64,000 nt of DNA from Eledone cirrhosa (taxonomy: Eukaryota): assembly GCA_964016885.1 (NCBI GenBank), contig OZ024740.1:310248001-310312000 (forward strand). Direction: 5' to 3'. How positions within the stretch are numbered: position 1 is the first letter of the stretch; every line of letters starts with the position of its first letter. Below the pieces are notes generated by a model, which was given only the letters and a program-made list of their open reading frames with translations, did not search any database and was not told where the DNA came from. Shown in pieces: positions 10,117 through 24,282 of this stretch. Position numbers and translations under genes: made by a program.

Positions 10117-13100
10117 TAATTAATATATATTGTCGATTCTACTGCAGATATCATTTAATTATAATAACGTTATTGGTGTTTGTTGTAGTAGCACCTGTTG
10201 CTATTCTGATTGTAATATTAGTTATTCCTTTTTAAATATAAATAATAGCTGCGCCATCTCGTTTCCCTTTGAATGCTGCTCATCTAAAATTACCGGATAC
10301 TTTGATGTGATTACAAAATATATGAACGTTGCAGTATCTCATGTGCGTGCATAGTGACTTCTCGAAAAAGAACAAATACTTTTATCTTTATATTCCTTTA
10401 TTTATACAGAAAAGCAAATCTTTATTGGCATGTGATTTGATAGAAAATCGATTGTTTTATAACCAGCCTTATTTCCCCTATTTTTGTAAAGTTTTCCAGA
10501 CAGATGAAACTTTTAAGTTAACTATGATAAGAATTGGACATGGACCCCGAAATGAGAAAACATGGCTCTGTATAGCCTATCATTCGGATGTAATACACAA
10601 CTCTGCCGTAATTTAATGCCTGTTTAAATATGTTGAAAATTTTCATTGTATCTTCGATGACTTTCTATCGTTTCTATAGTTAAAATGTTGCACTGGATTA
10701 CCCGCCCCGACCAGCAGAATAATTTTGTAATGCTGTCATCATCCTTCTTATTGTTGCTTAACTCCCAGATAAATTCTGATCAAACAGACGTGTGTTCAAA
10801 AACGTTGTAAACATAACCATCCCACCTTTATGTGGAGTGTAGGGTACTCCATAATGGAGTGTTTGAGACTCCACATATTATAGGCTTATTTAATCCAGAA
10901 GTGTACGATTTGAGGGAGCTTTGAGTGCTATTTCTTATCGGCTGTATGACCACTTAGATAATCTGCTGTTATTGGTGAATTATTATAGTGAATATTGCTA
11001 TTGTGTTTCTAAACATTACAGTGTTTTTATTTTTATTTTTTACGTTTACTGTATTATATTGCTTTGTTGATCTCATTGCTACTGCATCTACTGTCCATGC
11101 TTTTCATTTTATTGTCGATGAAAATTAGTTTCCTTTTCTTTGTCCTTGGTTGTATGTTGTTTTTGATAGTTTTATTCTTTATATTGTCGTTAATGCAGAC
11201 ATTTACTTTTCTTTTCTTGCTTGTTTTTGATTTAATAAAACATCACATCAGCCGATAATTCTTTAATAGTAGTAGTAGTCGTAGCAACTAATATTATTAC
11301 TACTAGTGTTATTTGTTTTTAACGTAGACACATGGCCACAAATATTGTTTGTAGACGATAAACTCGGCTCTGGTACTTCACTAGTATTTTATGTTATTGA
11401 TCTCTGATGACAGAAAAGTATTTTCAGGTTCGACTCATTTAATACTAATATTAATAAAATGATGGTTTATCACATGCGAACAGGGCAAACATTTAAGGCA
11501 AGAGTTAACAACAATGTTATTTGGTTAGGGCTAATCTAATGGATACAGAAAGGAACTAAGAATTTAAGGGCACAGAAATGGAATTACATAACGTATTACT
11601 CGAGAACTCTCAATGTTATCATTAAAAAATTCAGACTATTATTAGTAATTATAATAATATTGATTTTAATTTAGACACAATGGGAGGGTTGTATGGTCCT
11701 CAGTATATTACCGACACTATATTTTATCTATATCAGAAAGGTAAAAGGTAAATGTGACCTCGGCTAAAATTAAAATCAGAACGTTGTCAAACAACGTCTA
11801 CCGCAAAGTATTTTGTTCGAATCTTAAATTCTTAAATAGGCAAAAGAACAAAGATTAGTAGAAGAACCGCTGACTAAATTAGCCCCCATTACATGAATGA
11901 TACTTTATTTCACCTACGAGTGCATGGGATGCTAAGAAGTATCTAAAAGAACATTACAAGCTATTTGCCGTACACTCTAGCAATTTCGCCAATTCACCAC
12001 ACGAAACAAAGGAATACATTCGAATCCGCGCCTGTTCTCTGTAATAATACAGATAAAATAAAAATGATTTCTGACATAGATAACAGGCTACAATTTAGAA
12101 GCATGAGATCACTGGATTATTTTCCACTCAGAACTTATCTTAATGACACCAGCAAGACTAACATAGTCATGAACTGAACCCAGAACATAAGATGACGTAA
12201 CTAAATAACTGTAATCGTGTTTTCGCCTCTCTACCAATCCTGTCAAGTCACAAATAAAATCACTACTACTCCTACTAAAACTGACGCTTGTTGTCGGCTG
12301 TCGATAATCTTCATTGAATATTTTCAACTGCTGTCTACACCAACATAGAATGATGTTTCTTGCTGTCTGTCTCCTAAGCGGTATCCGTCTGTTTTTTCAT
12401 TTTCTTCATCTTTCTCACTGTCATTTACTAATTCTATCTCACACTGTCTTTCTATTTTTGCTATGTTCAACTAAAGACAGATTATTTGTCCGACAGATAC
12501 AAATACACACGCATCTGCATGTATGCGTAACCCTTTTATACGTATCCGTGCTTTTGCTCGTGAAAACATCATTCACATTTCAAAGAGGCTCACTTACGTA
12601 TTGGGGAAATAAAGGGTGACGAAATATGTACTAGATTTAAACAGGTAGTGGGGTTCGTGTTGACCAAAGCTCGGAAACACATTCTAATGACTAAAGACAG
12701 AAAAGATTGTGAAGTGGCTGTGTGTGAATGTGCGCTTTCTTGTTTGTTGCACAGGCCAGTCCAGTTGCATTTATCTAGCTTGTTGCTGAACCAACACAGC
12801 TTTGACAATTTGTGCTCTTGCTGATAATATCGGCGTTGTTCGATATTGTTTTAAACTAGTTTGTTAATTGCGTTTGCTATTTCGAAGATAAGGGTCAGTG
12901 GCAGTCGGCGGAAGATAGTAATTAGCTTTCAAAGTAAAGCTGCGTCATCTTCAACTCGCAAGTGATAAAACCTTTGATGTGTAATAATATTGTCATTTGA
13001 CTGTAGTTTGTACCGTGTACATATTCTGCCGATTATCAAAGTCATATAAAGTAAATAAAATAGAAACATGTTGAATTTGAAAACAGAGATGGACCTCACC

Positions 13101-13626
13101 AAATTAGATAATAGGAAAGATAAATATCTGTCGTTTAGTGTTGGTGAAACAGTTACCTGTCAGCTGAACTCATAGTTTGTTGACTTATAATGATATGTGT
13201 ATAGTTAATTCAAGTACCCATGTTGAATAAATGTCGGTCAATCTTCATTTATCACTTTATCTACGGTGGTGGAATACATGGTGGAGGAGTCGTCGTAATG
13301 ACAGACAGCAGTTTTTCGGCATTTAAACCTGGCGTAGTTCATATGTCTCTATGTCGCTTTCTCCCAGAGAAAGGGAGTTGGAGCACAATGTGATGAAGAA
13401 AAAAGAGATAGAAAGAAAGGTAGCTATCCCGTACTTGAATGGTATTTTATTTATCAACCTCGAAAACATAAATGTAAAGTTTACTTTGACTGGAAGTGAA
13501 CTCAGAGCACAGACAACCATAACGAATACCACATTCTACCGGCTGCTAATTTACCGCTCAAGAAGGATATGTTATATTTCTACTTCTTCCTCTATCATCT
13601 GTTTTCACTAACTGTATCTTTTAATA

Positions 13627-14010
13627 CACCATGCTTTGCAGCATAGAGTTACAGTCCTTTGCAGTCTGAGTTCAAATCCCGAGGAGGTTAACTTTGCCTT
13701 TCATCCTTACGGGGTCAATAAAATATAGCACCAGTAACGTACTGGGGTCGATTTCACCGACTTTCCCCTTCCCCAAATTGCTGGCCTTCTGACTATATTA
13801 GAAATCATTATCAATGACGGGCGGTAGATTGGCAGTATCGGTAGAGGGTCTGACGCCATGATTTGCAGCAAAGAGTTACGGCCATTTATGGTCTGAGTTC
13901 AAATCCCACCGAGGTTAACTTACCTTTCATCCTTACGTGGTCGATAAAATAAAGTACCAGTAATAGAATGGGTAATGGCTGGCATTGTGCCAACAGTAGA
14001 AACAACTATT
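13627..14010 (+). mobile_element. Two tandem SINE copies (13627-13810 long variant, 13818-14010)
   Basis: B-box and SINE core present in both. Confidence 0.88.
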
Positions 14011-14539
14011 AATGATTTCTAGTGGTCGGTGATCTGCTAGAAATACCAGTCAACTTACGCACCACCTCCTCGAATATTATAGGAAATAATGGATAATGAA
14101 ATCTCTGACACATTGTTTGTAATAAAAGAGGGGTAGGCTAAGCTCAAACGTGTTTAATCAGTGGTACTTACAGTCAATGGATATTGCAGCAGGTTACAAA
14201 TTTGACTGGTTCTCTTTTTATAGACATTGGTAAGATAAAATATGTAATTAACCCTGTTGTGATGAAACTTAGAAGGTCGTGATTCCACAACTTGTGACAC
14301 CTAAAAACTCAATTATCGTAATTATAATTGTTTTCAATTTAGGCAGAAGGCCATCAAAGTTAGAGGAGGTGCATGAAAGATTATACCACCCTCCGTACTT
14401 GACTAGAGATCTATCATATCGACCACATGAGGAAGCAAAATTGATCGTGGCGGGATTTGATCACACAGAGTATAAAGGCATTTTGTTTGATGCACTAGCG
14501 ATTCTACATATTTTTTTATTTCTCCACATAAATAAATGT

Positions 14540-15285
14540 TTCCTCTTTTACAAGGCCAGCAATTAGAAGGGAAGAGGAAAATTGATTAAATCAATCTCAC
14601 TGCATTACTAGTATTTCTTCGTTCGCGTAATGACGAAAGGCAAACCTAGCCTCTGTTGGAATGGAAGTCAGAGTTTAAAGGGCCGCAACTATAAGCCGTA
14701 AAGTATTTTGCCCAACGCTCTACCGACACTACCCAAATTATCTGCCCTCATTCTTTACACTAATAATTGTTTCTACTTTTGACATAAGGACAGCAATGTG
14801 AACATGAAGTTGATGAAATCGACCACTGTAGATTTTAGGTACTTCATTTTAACAAGCCCGTAACGATGGCAGGTAAATCTTACATTCGCGGGATACGAAT
14901 TCAGGAGGTAAAGAGCCGTAAGGGTATAACGCAGAAAGCATTTTGTCTGATAGTACCAATCCTCTGCCCTTTTCGTCATACTAATAATAATTGTTTCTAC
15001 TTTTGGCACAAGGCCAGCAATTACCCAGTGTATTGGTACTTTATTTTATCGACCCCATAAGGACGAAAGGCAAAATTAATGGTTTCTGATTTAGGCACAA
15101 TGCCAACAGTTATTTTTTTTTGGGGGGGATGTCGATTAAATCGACCCCTGTGCGTGACTGGTACTTTAATTTATCGACAACCTAAGGCTGAAAGGGAAAG
15201 CTATCCTCGGCGGAATTTGAGCTCAGAACGTAAAGGGCCGTAGTAATATGACGCAAACGTCTACCGATACTGCTAATCCAATGCT
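14540..15285 (-). mobile_element. Cluster of partial and degenerate SINE copies
   Basis: AATTGTTTCTACTTTTG(G)CACAAGGCCAGC tails at ~14765 and ~14989; core at 15030-15075 and 15160-15230. Confidence 0.75.
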
Positions 15286-16134
15286 CTGTTCTCCATACAA
15301 ATAATAAAAATGAATGTTCACGTTTCTTAGAGCGTCACGTATTAGTTGGAATTGTGTTCACTTATTTCAAGCCACCCCTACAATAGAACAGATGTTAGAC
15401 AGTTATAGGGAGGAATGACATATGGTATTTAATGCAGCTCAAAGGGATTTAGTGGACCAGAATCTATTCCACGTTTACAGTTTGTATGCAACGGATATAG
15501 AATGAAAAGAATTAAACTTATCATCTGAGCTCTGAAACAGGCGACATAAACGTTATAGATGTTGATGTTGCTTAGGCCCAGGTCAGCCATAGATAAGGAT
15601 CATTCTATACTTGAAAATTCTGTCTGTCTTCTATATTTTCAGTAATAGTGGATCAACGACTCCATTATCGAATATGCAATTTCATTTTTCCAAACCGATT
15701 ATGTGATTTGACTAAGATTTTGCTGCTATTTTTTGCAGGTTGAGGATAGCGTTGTTTATGGACGTGCTCGTTTGAAGACCCGTATGTTAGGATGTTTTTT
15801 TTTTCTTTTGCTGATGAAGAGCAACATAACCCTATTGCGTAATATCTGGTGATATCAGGCAATTTTCTGCATATAACAATTTTAAGATCAAATGTCATAG
15901 GCAGAATGGTGCGCGGGAAGGTAACTGACCCGAATTTTAATATGCGAGTGTCATCCACCAAACACTGTCATCTTCCTTATTGATTAACTATTAGTGTGTA
16001 GTCTGACTATTCGTTTGTCTTTTGGGAGTGAATTGTGGCCTGGGCTCGTTGAATAAATTCGGTGAACTTCGCAAACTAGTATATACATATATATATATAT
16101 TGAAAATTGCAAACTTGACTGTCACCACATATTA

Positions 16135-16173
16135 TGAACCTGAAGATTGCGAAAGCATGAACGTACTTGTTCA
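16135..16173 (+). ncRNA. Decayed minimal hammerhead-like motif
   Basis: TGAAC-CTGAAGA-TTGCgaaaGCAT-GAA-CGTACTT-GTTCA; GAAA box and helix III damaged. Confidence 0.4.
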
Positions 16174-16355
16174 ATTAACACTTACAATTTAATATTCTAT
16201 CATACTATTTCATTATAATACCATTATACATTTTAAAGGATTGTAAATAAAACTATTAAATCAGACAAAGTTGGAATTCCTCTTATTAATATAATCTTCT
16301 ATACACAATCATACACACCCGTGTATATTTATCTATATATCTATATATATATATC

Positions 16356-16414
<59 letters not shown>

Positions 16415-17621
16415 ATACATTTGTGTATGTGTGTATGTATAATTGGCTAAGATCCCAATATATTATATACGTGATAAACGCCAATATTTGTATTTACATG
16501 TGCGATATAAAACGAAAGTAAATGGGAGAGAAGCAGCTACGCTTATATGTTTTACACCATGCAACCGTATATCAATTACAGTAACATACTCTGTCAAATT
16601 CCCTCCATCAAATAAGCGCATGTAAACGTAGAATTGTACAAAATGTATATGATTATTTGTCAAATATTGCTGGCACTGTTGTAGTCTCTCAGTTTCGAAT
16701 GAATGAACTGAACTCCACATCGCTCTCGAATATAGTTCCGTTCCCACTATGTTGATTAAGACAACTGTAATATATATGTATTATCGTTTTAGGCAGTCAC
16801 CGTCGACAACAATATATTGATCTCTCTATATATTTGTCTGTTTATACATGGCAAAATGCTGCACAGTTTCTATCCACGAAATTCTATTCCCAGTGTATTG
16901 GGCAACAGGTCAATGGGAGTTGACAGTTGTCAATATATCACGCAGTAGAATCGATTCCAGAAAGATTGCCTAAGTATAATGACACACTTTTCTTTAAGAA
17001 TGAAAATGAACGAATTGTGACAAAGGTAACGCTGACGAGGTGCGTGTTTTTAAAGGCATTTGTATATGCTGTGCAGCTTTCTAGTATCAATTACCATAGT
17101 TTGACTGAACTTCTGTCAAGTGGGTTATTGATAGAGGAAATAATTTGCTCAAGTGGTTCAACGTTCACAATAGGCCAGGTCTCTGCCCTGTTGAATGTTA
17201 GAGTGTATAATCTTCTATCCACCTGCTACTTGTGTAGAGTAATACAGTAAGCAGAGTTTTCCCATAGGTGAATATCTACGTATCCTGTACCCATTCTTCA
17301 GTTCAGTATTGTTTTTATGGCTGTAGCTTCCACCATTAACCAATGAAGTATTGGAAAATTTAGAATCGGTCTGAACATGATTAGTTATAACTCTTAAGAG
17401 TTGTGTCTTCAGGTAGATATTTGAGCATAATGGAAACAATTAACGATGAAAATATTTTTGTAATGTCATTCGAGATAGCGGAAATACTACCCCACTCTGT
17501 CAAAGAACTCTAAATCTTAAAAACACTAAAAATATACATAAACTGTTGCTGTAGGCGGTGTTTGTCATAAATGTAAATTGCAAGATCATCTTTGTGATTT
17601 GGTATGTTACGACGTGATTTG

Positions 17622-18000
17622 TTTTCTTCTTCTTCTTCTTCTTCTTCTTCTTCTTCTTCTTCTTCTTCTTCTTCTTCTTCTTGGCGGTATCGTGGAGGCA
17701 GAGTTCTAAATCTACCAACGACTCATATCGGAATCAACCGTCTATTATCTGGTTGGATCCCCAAGCAAGACCAGCCGAGCTTATGGATGTTATTTAACCA
17801 TCTTGTTGGGGATCTACCCCTCAGACTCCTGCAGGTTGGTTTCGCCCGTAAAATCTGTCAAGCGATTTATTCCTGAGACATTATGACCATATGTCTGTAG
17901 TAGGAGATCTCAGATTTCCCAATTTGGAGAAGTAGCGGATCTACCTGGAGCGCCTGTCGCATTTCATATGTGGGGCAAGTGCATGTGCTGCTGTTTTAGC
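17622..18000 (-). mobile_element. RTE-clade LINE 3' fragment with (GAA)n tail
   Basis: Decayed peptide ..ILRAKPT.RSLRGRSPTRWLNNIHKLGWSCLGI..; tail at 17622-17682. Confidence 0.7.
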
Positions 18001-18828
18001 AAGCTGTACCTACATATAGAGACCCATATTCTGTTCTGTGTTGTTTAGGTTTGCAGTTATTTACCGCTGATTAGGCAGATTTATGTCTAAATTTATTGCA
18101 CTGTATACTTTCCCATTATTCTATGTACAAGAATTTAAAAACCACGTTATTTAACGAGTTATTTTGTGAGAACCACTGTGGGATTTTGAATATTTATTTC
18201 CTACTCTATCAAGTTGAAGAAGCAGGTACAGGTATTATTGTTCATGGTGTTATTACCGTTAGTATGTGATAGTGTTGGTGATGATGTTGCTTGTTGTGGG
18301 TTGGTTTATGTCGTCACTGTCGTGTTGTTGGTGATGACTTTTATGAAGACAATATTATTGAGGTGTCATTTTGAATGAGCCATCATAGAAGCATGCTTGC
18401 TCGTTACTGACAATAGGAGCGGGAGTGGGCACGTTAATGAGATTTACTCTCGATAAAGTTACAATAGAATGTGGTTGCATTTTTCGATTTAAAGAAAGAA
18501 AGCATATGCTTAACATAATTGGTAACAGTAATGTCCACAAAAGTATGAACAAGACAATACAATACAAGTAGCACTTCTACACTGTCAATGTTGTGAAATT
18601 GATGTGGAATAATAAGTCAGCATGTCTATCAAATGAGATTAGGCAAAGCGGCTAAAAGATATTTACAGACGTACACACAGGCGAACGACAGATGATTAGA
18701 AACGAATTAATCTTGGTCGTGATCAAGGTTGCTAAGTATTACTGAAAGGGGAGACAGATATTCAGCAGCGACGTACTACCGGTCTGGCGGTTATAACTGA
18801 TGGATGGCATTATATATATATATATATA

Positions 18829-19018
18829 GCGGGCAATGGATTGGCAGTATCGGTAGAGGGTCGGACGCCATGCTTCCCAGCATAGTTACGTCCCTTTACG
18901 ATCTGAGTTCAAATCCCGCCGAGGTTGACTTTGCCTTTCAACCTTACGGAGTCGATAAAATAAATAAAGTACCAGCAATGCACTGGGTAATTGCTGGCCT
19001 TGTGCCTAAAGTAGAAAC

Positions 19019-19023
<5 letters not shown>
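18829..19023 (+). mobile_element. SINE, full length
   Basis: A box, B box, core and tail. Confidence 0.92.
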
Positions 19024-19052
<29 letters not shown>

Positions 19053-19605
19053 TCGGAGTATCGCTAATAGCATTCTCTGTTAATGTATTAAGTATATATA
19101 TATATATATACATTTTAAGAGTAAACCAATCTTAAAGAGAGAGATGGATATATGAGAGGAAAAGAGAGATTGGTGAATTTGTTAGAAGCCAAAAGCGAAA
19201 AGGCATATGCTCAATGTGCAATATGCATCAGAAGGCAGCTAGATGGCTGGCTTCATGCAGAGATTAGGTGCACAGAGCTGAAAATATTCATTAGTTAAGC
19301 AAAACAGAAATGGAAAGACCCATCCAACACTTCATCAACCGCATGCAGTTCTCTGGCTACAACTAAATAGACAGAATCAGAGTATACGAAGGAGCCACGG
19401 AGAAGTATAAGACCCTCATAGAACTGGACATGAAAGAAATTTGCCCATTATACAGGAGCAAATCATGGAATAGCTTAGATAGGACTAGACATAAGATAGG
19501 GAAAGCCAGAGATACCAGAGTGTCATGTTTGTGGACGCTACCCTTGGAGGGAAATAAGCTAACCAGTGTAGAAAGGCCCTGAGAAAGACCCACTTAAAGA
19601 ATAAG

Positions 19606-20079
19606 GTGGTAGAAAAGCCAAGAACCACCATAACATCCCTGATCAGCAAAAGATACTCTTTTAAGAAAACCCACTGTACTAATAGGAAATGTATCATATG
19701 TAAGGTAAACCTCCGGATAAAGTGTAAAACTAGAAACGTAGTCCATAGCATAATATGTACAGAGGGTACTTGCAGAAACATGACAACAACATACATAGGC
19801 GAGACAGCTCGTAGCATAGGTGAAAGGATAGACCAACACTGGGGGGAACTAAAAGGACGAAAAAACGGTTCAGTACTATACGAACATGCCAGACAACAAC
19901 ACGACGGTAATATAGACGAGATAGAAATTAGAATAATATCTAAACATAGAAATGACCCAGCAGATAGGCAAATCAGAGAGGCCAGTGAAATAGAACTTAG
20001 AAGGCCAAGGCTATACAGAAAAAATGAATGGAATAACAACAACAACCAAACAAACAACCCTGACTTAAGAGAAGTATAA
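19606..20079 (+). pseudogene. GIY-YIG endonuclease domain of the upstream partial PLE copy
   Basis: CTNRKCIICK..KC linker; VVHSIIC...YIGETARSIGERIDQH...EH...RQIREA. Confidence 0.88.
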
Positions 20080-20348
20080 ATAAATAAATAAATAGATAAA
20101 TAAATAAATAAATACATACACAAGCACAATAACAACAAACACATATAAACACACACTAGTAAGGATAGAATACATTAACCAATACACAGTCACCCAATCA
20201 CGAACACACATCAAACAAAACACTATACACACACGCAAACGCATGCGCAAAGAAGACAAAATAAAATAAACAAATAAATAAATATATAAACAGACTAAAT
20301 AAAGATGGCGTAGAAAATACAATGCAACGGGAGGAAACAATAGCACCA

Positions 20349-20384
20349 CTGACGATGTTGCAGATGTGCAACGAAAGAACTTTG
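20349..20384 (+). ncRNA. Hammerhead-like motif in the PLE pLTR (second copy 24556-24591)
   Basis: CTGACGA-T-GTTGCAgatgTGCAAC-GAAA-GAACTT; helices I and III are weak. Confidence 0.55.
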
Positions 20385-20566
20385 ATAAACTTTGATATGT
20401 GTTTGTTGTCTATATTGTATCTGTATTTTTGACCGTTGGGCAGTCACTGGCAACATTGAGGACTGAATAAATTAGATTACCGATATAAAAGACACAGAAG
20501 CGAAAAGCGAAAACCAACCAAAGAGTGAGTGTGTTCTGTTATTAATTCTGGCAATATTACACAAAT

Positions 20567-23500
20567 ATGACCCTCGCCAAGTATAACAATATTTGTTTCG
20601 ACACACGATTTCATATAAAAAACCTCGCAAAACTAATTCATCGCCGTTATGGCATTAGCTTGTGCCAAGCTGAAAGGTTATTGAAAGACACTGTTTTCTG
20701 TTATATAAAACAACAATAACAACAGAACAAATCCGCTTCTGTGTTTCCTCCAAAAATACACAACAAACATATCAAAACAAGTAAATAATTATTATTTAAC
20801 AAAACACAAGCTGAACGACTAAAACACACAATAACAGTAAATATGAAAAGAACAACATACACATAAGTCAACGAAATTTACAGACAGAAACGCATTAACG
20901 GTAACGAAGTCCAAAATCTCACCACACCAAACGAAAGAGATGACTTCATGAGCGTCATCTGACGTGAAACGAAATAAGCCCGAAACGAATGCAATAGGCA
21001 TTTCAATAAGAAATTAGAATGGATGAATAAGAAAAAACTAGAAGAAAGGAAAATAGAATATTCTCAAAAATAGCCAGATAACATCAACAATATCCGTATG
21101 ACTGATGTAAAACTACCGGAAGAATTTACCAATGACCACACAGTAAATATTTATTGGAACACTTTAATCAGTGAACAAGAACAACAAATCCTGCAGCTCA
21201 CCACAAAAATTTGCCATCTACAAAAAGATTAACCCTATTGAGTGCAAAACGGAGCTGGAAGAGTGTTTCACAAAAATACGTTGGAATGCAAAAGTAAACA
21301 ACAACAACAACAACAACTATACGGACAACAACAACAATAATAACGGTAGTAGTAATATAAACAATAATTCTGAGTATAGAAATAACAGTAATAGTCATAA
21401 CAATAACAATAGCAGGAGAGTGAGAAATAGTAATAATGGTAATAATATTAACGATAGACAGAACAACAACAACAACCACAATAATAATAATAATAATAGA
21501 AACATTAACTACAGGCACAACAGCAGCGACCACAGTACTAATAACGGTAACAATACGAATAACAACAACAACCACAGTGGTAATAATAGAAATAATACAT
21601 GTAGCAACATTAATGATAGACACAACAAAAACAAGAAACATAATAAAAGTAACAACCACAATGGTAGAAATAACAGTAACAACAACAATAACGGTGAAGA
21701 AAACAACAGTCACAGCAACAATACATCTAGCAATCATAACAACAATACATCTAACAATCACAGCAACAATACATCTAGCAATCATAATAATAATAATGTT
21801 AATGATAGGAACAACAACAGCCACCATGATAACAATAATAGCAACACACACAACTATGACGATAGATATAATGACAACCCCTTAGAGAAACTATTCTTCA
21901 ACCCAGCTGACAAAACATATAAGATGGGTAATATCTATCCTACGAGGTTACCCTTTAATAAAAGAGTTTGCATACCACAACAAATAGATGACGAGACAGA
22001 GGCACAGTTCACCATAGCTAGAAATGAGATTAGACAAATGGTAGACCGGTATACTAAGAGACAGAGCAGACCAGAGGTCCAACAATTTGGGAGGAAACCT
22101 GTAGAAGGCTTGGTTAGCCTCAAGCAGCGCACAAGGGATGATGAGGTAGTATGTCTACACACGGATAAGTCTGGTAGGATGTCAATAGATAGCATGCCGA
22201 ACTACATCGAGGCTATGCAAACCCACATCACCAACACGAACGAAAATGCACAGCAAATACATGATGGGAGAGAGTAAATCCTCAACGATCACATGATGAT
22301 GTGGACTGACATCCTAAAGCCAAGCAGACGCACTGCCAACAACTTCCAGGCGTCTAACAATGGCATACCACCCTTGTATGGGCTCCGCAGAGACCACAAG
22401 ACAGTCGACGACCCGACAACAGGACCACCAACAAGACCCGTATGCGGAGCTAATATAGCTAGCAACTATAGGATCTCCTACTTCCTCTCAATGGTTATAC
22501 GCCTCATAATCAAAATGTCCCCAGATGTATGTGACAGTACAGAGGAGCTCCTCAGCAGAATTAGTGAGTGCAACAAAAACAGGAACCTATCCAACTGCAT
22601 AATAGGCACCATGGATGTGGTATCACTGTACCCATCCGTTAACATTGATTTTGCTGTGGAAAAATGTGTGGAGATGATCATAGAGAGTGAGATGGATTTC
22701 TGCGACATCGACACAGACGAACTGGGCCTCCTACTTAGACTTACCTACGACACTGACTACCTAGACAGCCATGACCTTAGACGTTTCTGCCCCAGTAGAC
22801 CCATAAGGGGTAGACCCCCCACCATAACCTCAATGGCTAAAAAGACTCCCATGGGAAGGTGGATTGGGTGGGCCAAAGCTATACGGACCTCCCAAAACAA
22901 TGATCAGGTAAGAAAAATGGTCGCACATGCAATAGGGGCTAGTATCAAAACTACTCTAAAGTGCCACATATTCAAGTTCAACGAGAAGATCCACACCCAA
23001 CATGAGGGAGCAGCCATTGGCGTCAGCATAGCTGGTGACGTTGCCAAACTTTTTATGGTATGGTGGGAAAGGAGACTTAAAGATCTCCTTAATGAGAGCT
23101 CCATAGACCTCATCATGTACTCTCGTTACGTAGACGATATCAATATAGTTATAAGAACATCCCCACAAGAGAGCACTAACAAGTTTGATTTAGAACGTAG
23201 CACAATGAAAAGCATCCAGCAGATAACTAATTCCATAGACCAGAGTATAACTGTAACTATAGACTACCCTTCCAAACACCCTACAATAGACTACCTGTAT
23301 TAGACACGGAACTCTGGATTAACACTATAGACGAGAGAGCTCAAATTCTCCACTTACACTATGCTAAACCCATGGCCTCCAAATACCTGATACTCAAAAT
23401 CTCAGCAATGTCCAGTAGTGCTAAGTTTGATATTCTGATCGCAGACTTGGTCCGAGTGATGAAGAACGTGTCCCGCATGTGCGACCCAACATAAATGGAA

Positions 23501-24282
23501 AGACCCATCCAACACTTCATCAACCGCATGCAGTTCTCTGGCTACAGCCAAAGAGACAGAATCAGAGTATACGAAGGAGCCACGGAGAAGTATAAGACCC
23601 TCGTAGAACTGGACATGAAAGGAATGTGCCCATTATACAGGAGCAAATCATGGAATAGCTTAGATAGCACTAGACATAAGATAGGGAAAGCCACCTCATG
23701 GTACGACAACCAGAGATACCAGAGTGTTATGTTTGTGGACGCTACCCCTGGAGGGAAATTAGCTAACCAGTGTAGAAAGGCCCTGAGAAAGACCCACTTA
23801 AAGAATAAGGTGGTAGAAAAGCCAGGAACCACCATAAAATCCCTGATCACCAAAACCTACCCTTTTAAGAAAACCCACTGTAATAATAGGAAATGTATCA
23901 TGTGTAAGGTAAACCCCCGGATAAAGTGTCAAACTAGAAACGTAGTCTATAGCATAAGATGTACAGAGGGTACTTGCAAAAACATGACAACAACATACAT
24001 AGGCGAGACAGCTCGTACATAGATGAAAGGATGGACCAACACTGGGGGGAACTAAAAGGATGAAAAAACGGTTCAGTAGAATATGAACATGCCAGACAAC
24101 AACACGACGGTAACATAGACAACATAGAAATTAGAATAATATCTAAACATAGAAATAACCCAGCAGATAGGCAAATCAGAGAGGCCAGTGAAATAGAACT
24201 TAGAAGGCCAAGGTTAAACAGAAAAAATGAATGGAATAACAACAACACCCAAACAAACAACACTGACCTAAGAGAAGTATAA
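20567..24282 (+). pseudogene. PLE ORF (N-terminal domain, Asn-rich tract, RT, GIY-YIG) disrupted by frameshifts and stops
   Basis: MTLAKY..LIHRRYG start; TDKSG, PPLYGL..DHK, TRPVCGA, MDVVSLYPSV, QHEGAAIG, YSRYVDD; VYSIRC..YIGETAR. Confidence 0.9.

Noticed and set aside
10250-11000. Possible very old PLE RT remnant on the minus strand
   Set aside because: Only fragmentary motif resemblance; cannot be supported without a profile search
21198-21885. Hydrophobic Val/Ile-rich and Thr/Ile-rich ORFs resembling membrane proteins
   Set aside because: Antisense or alternative frames of the AAC/AAT tract in the PLE ORF
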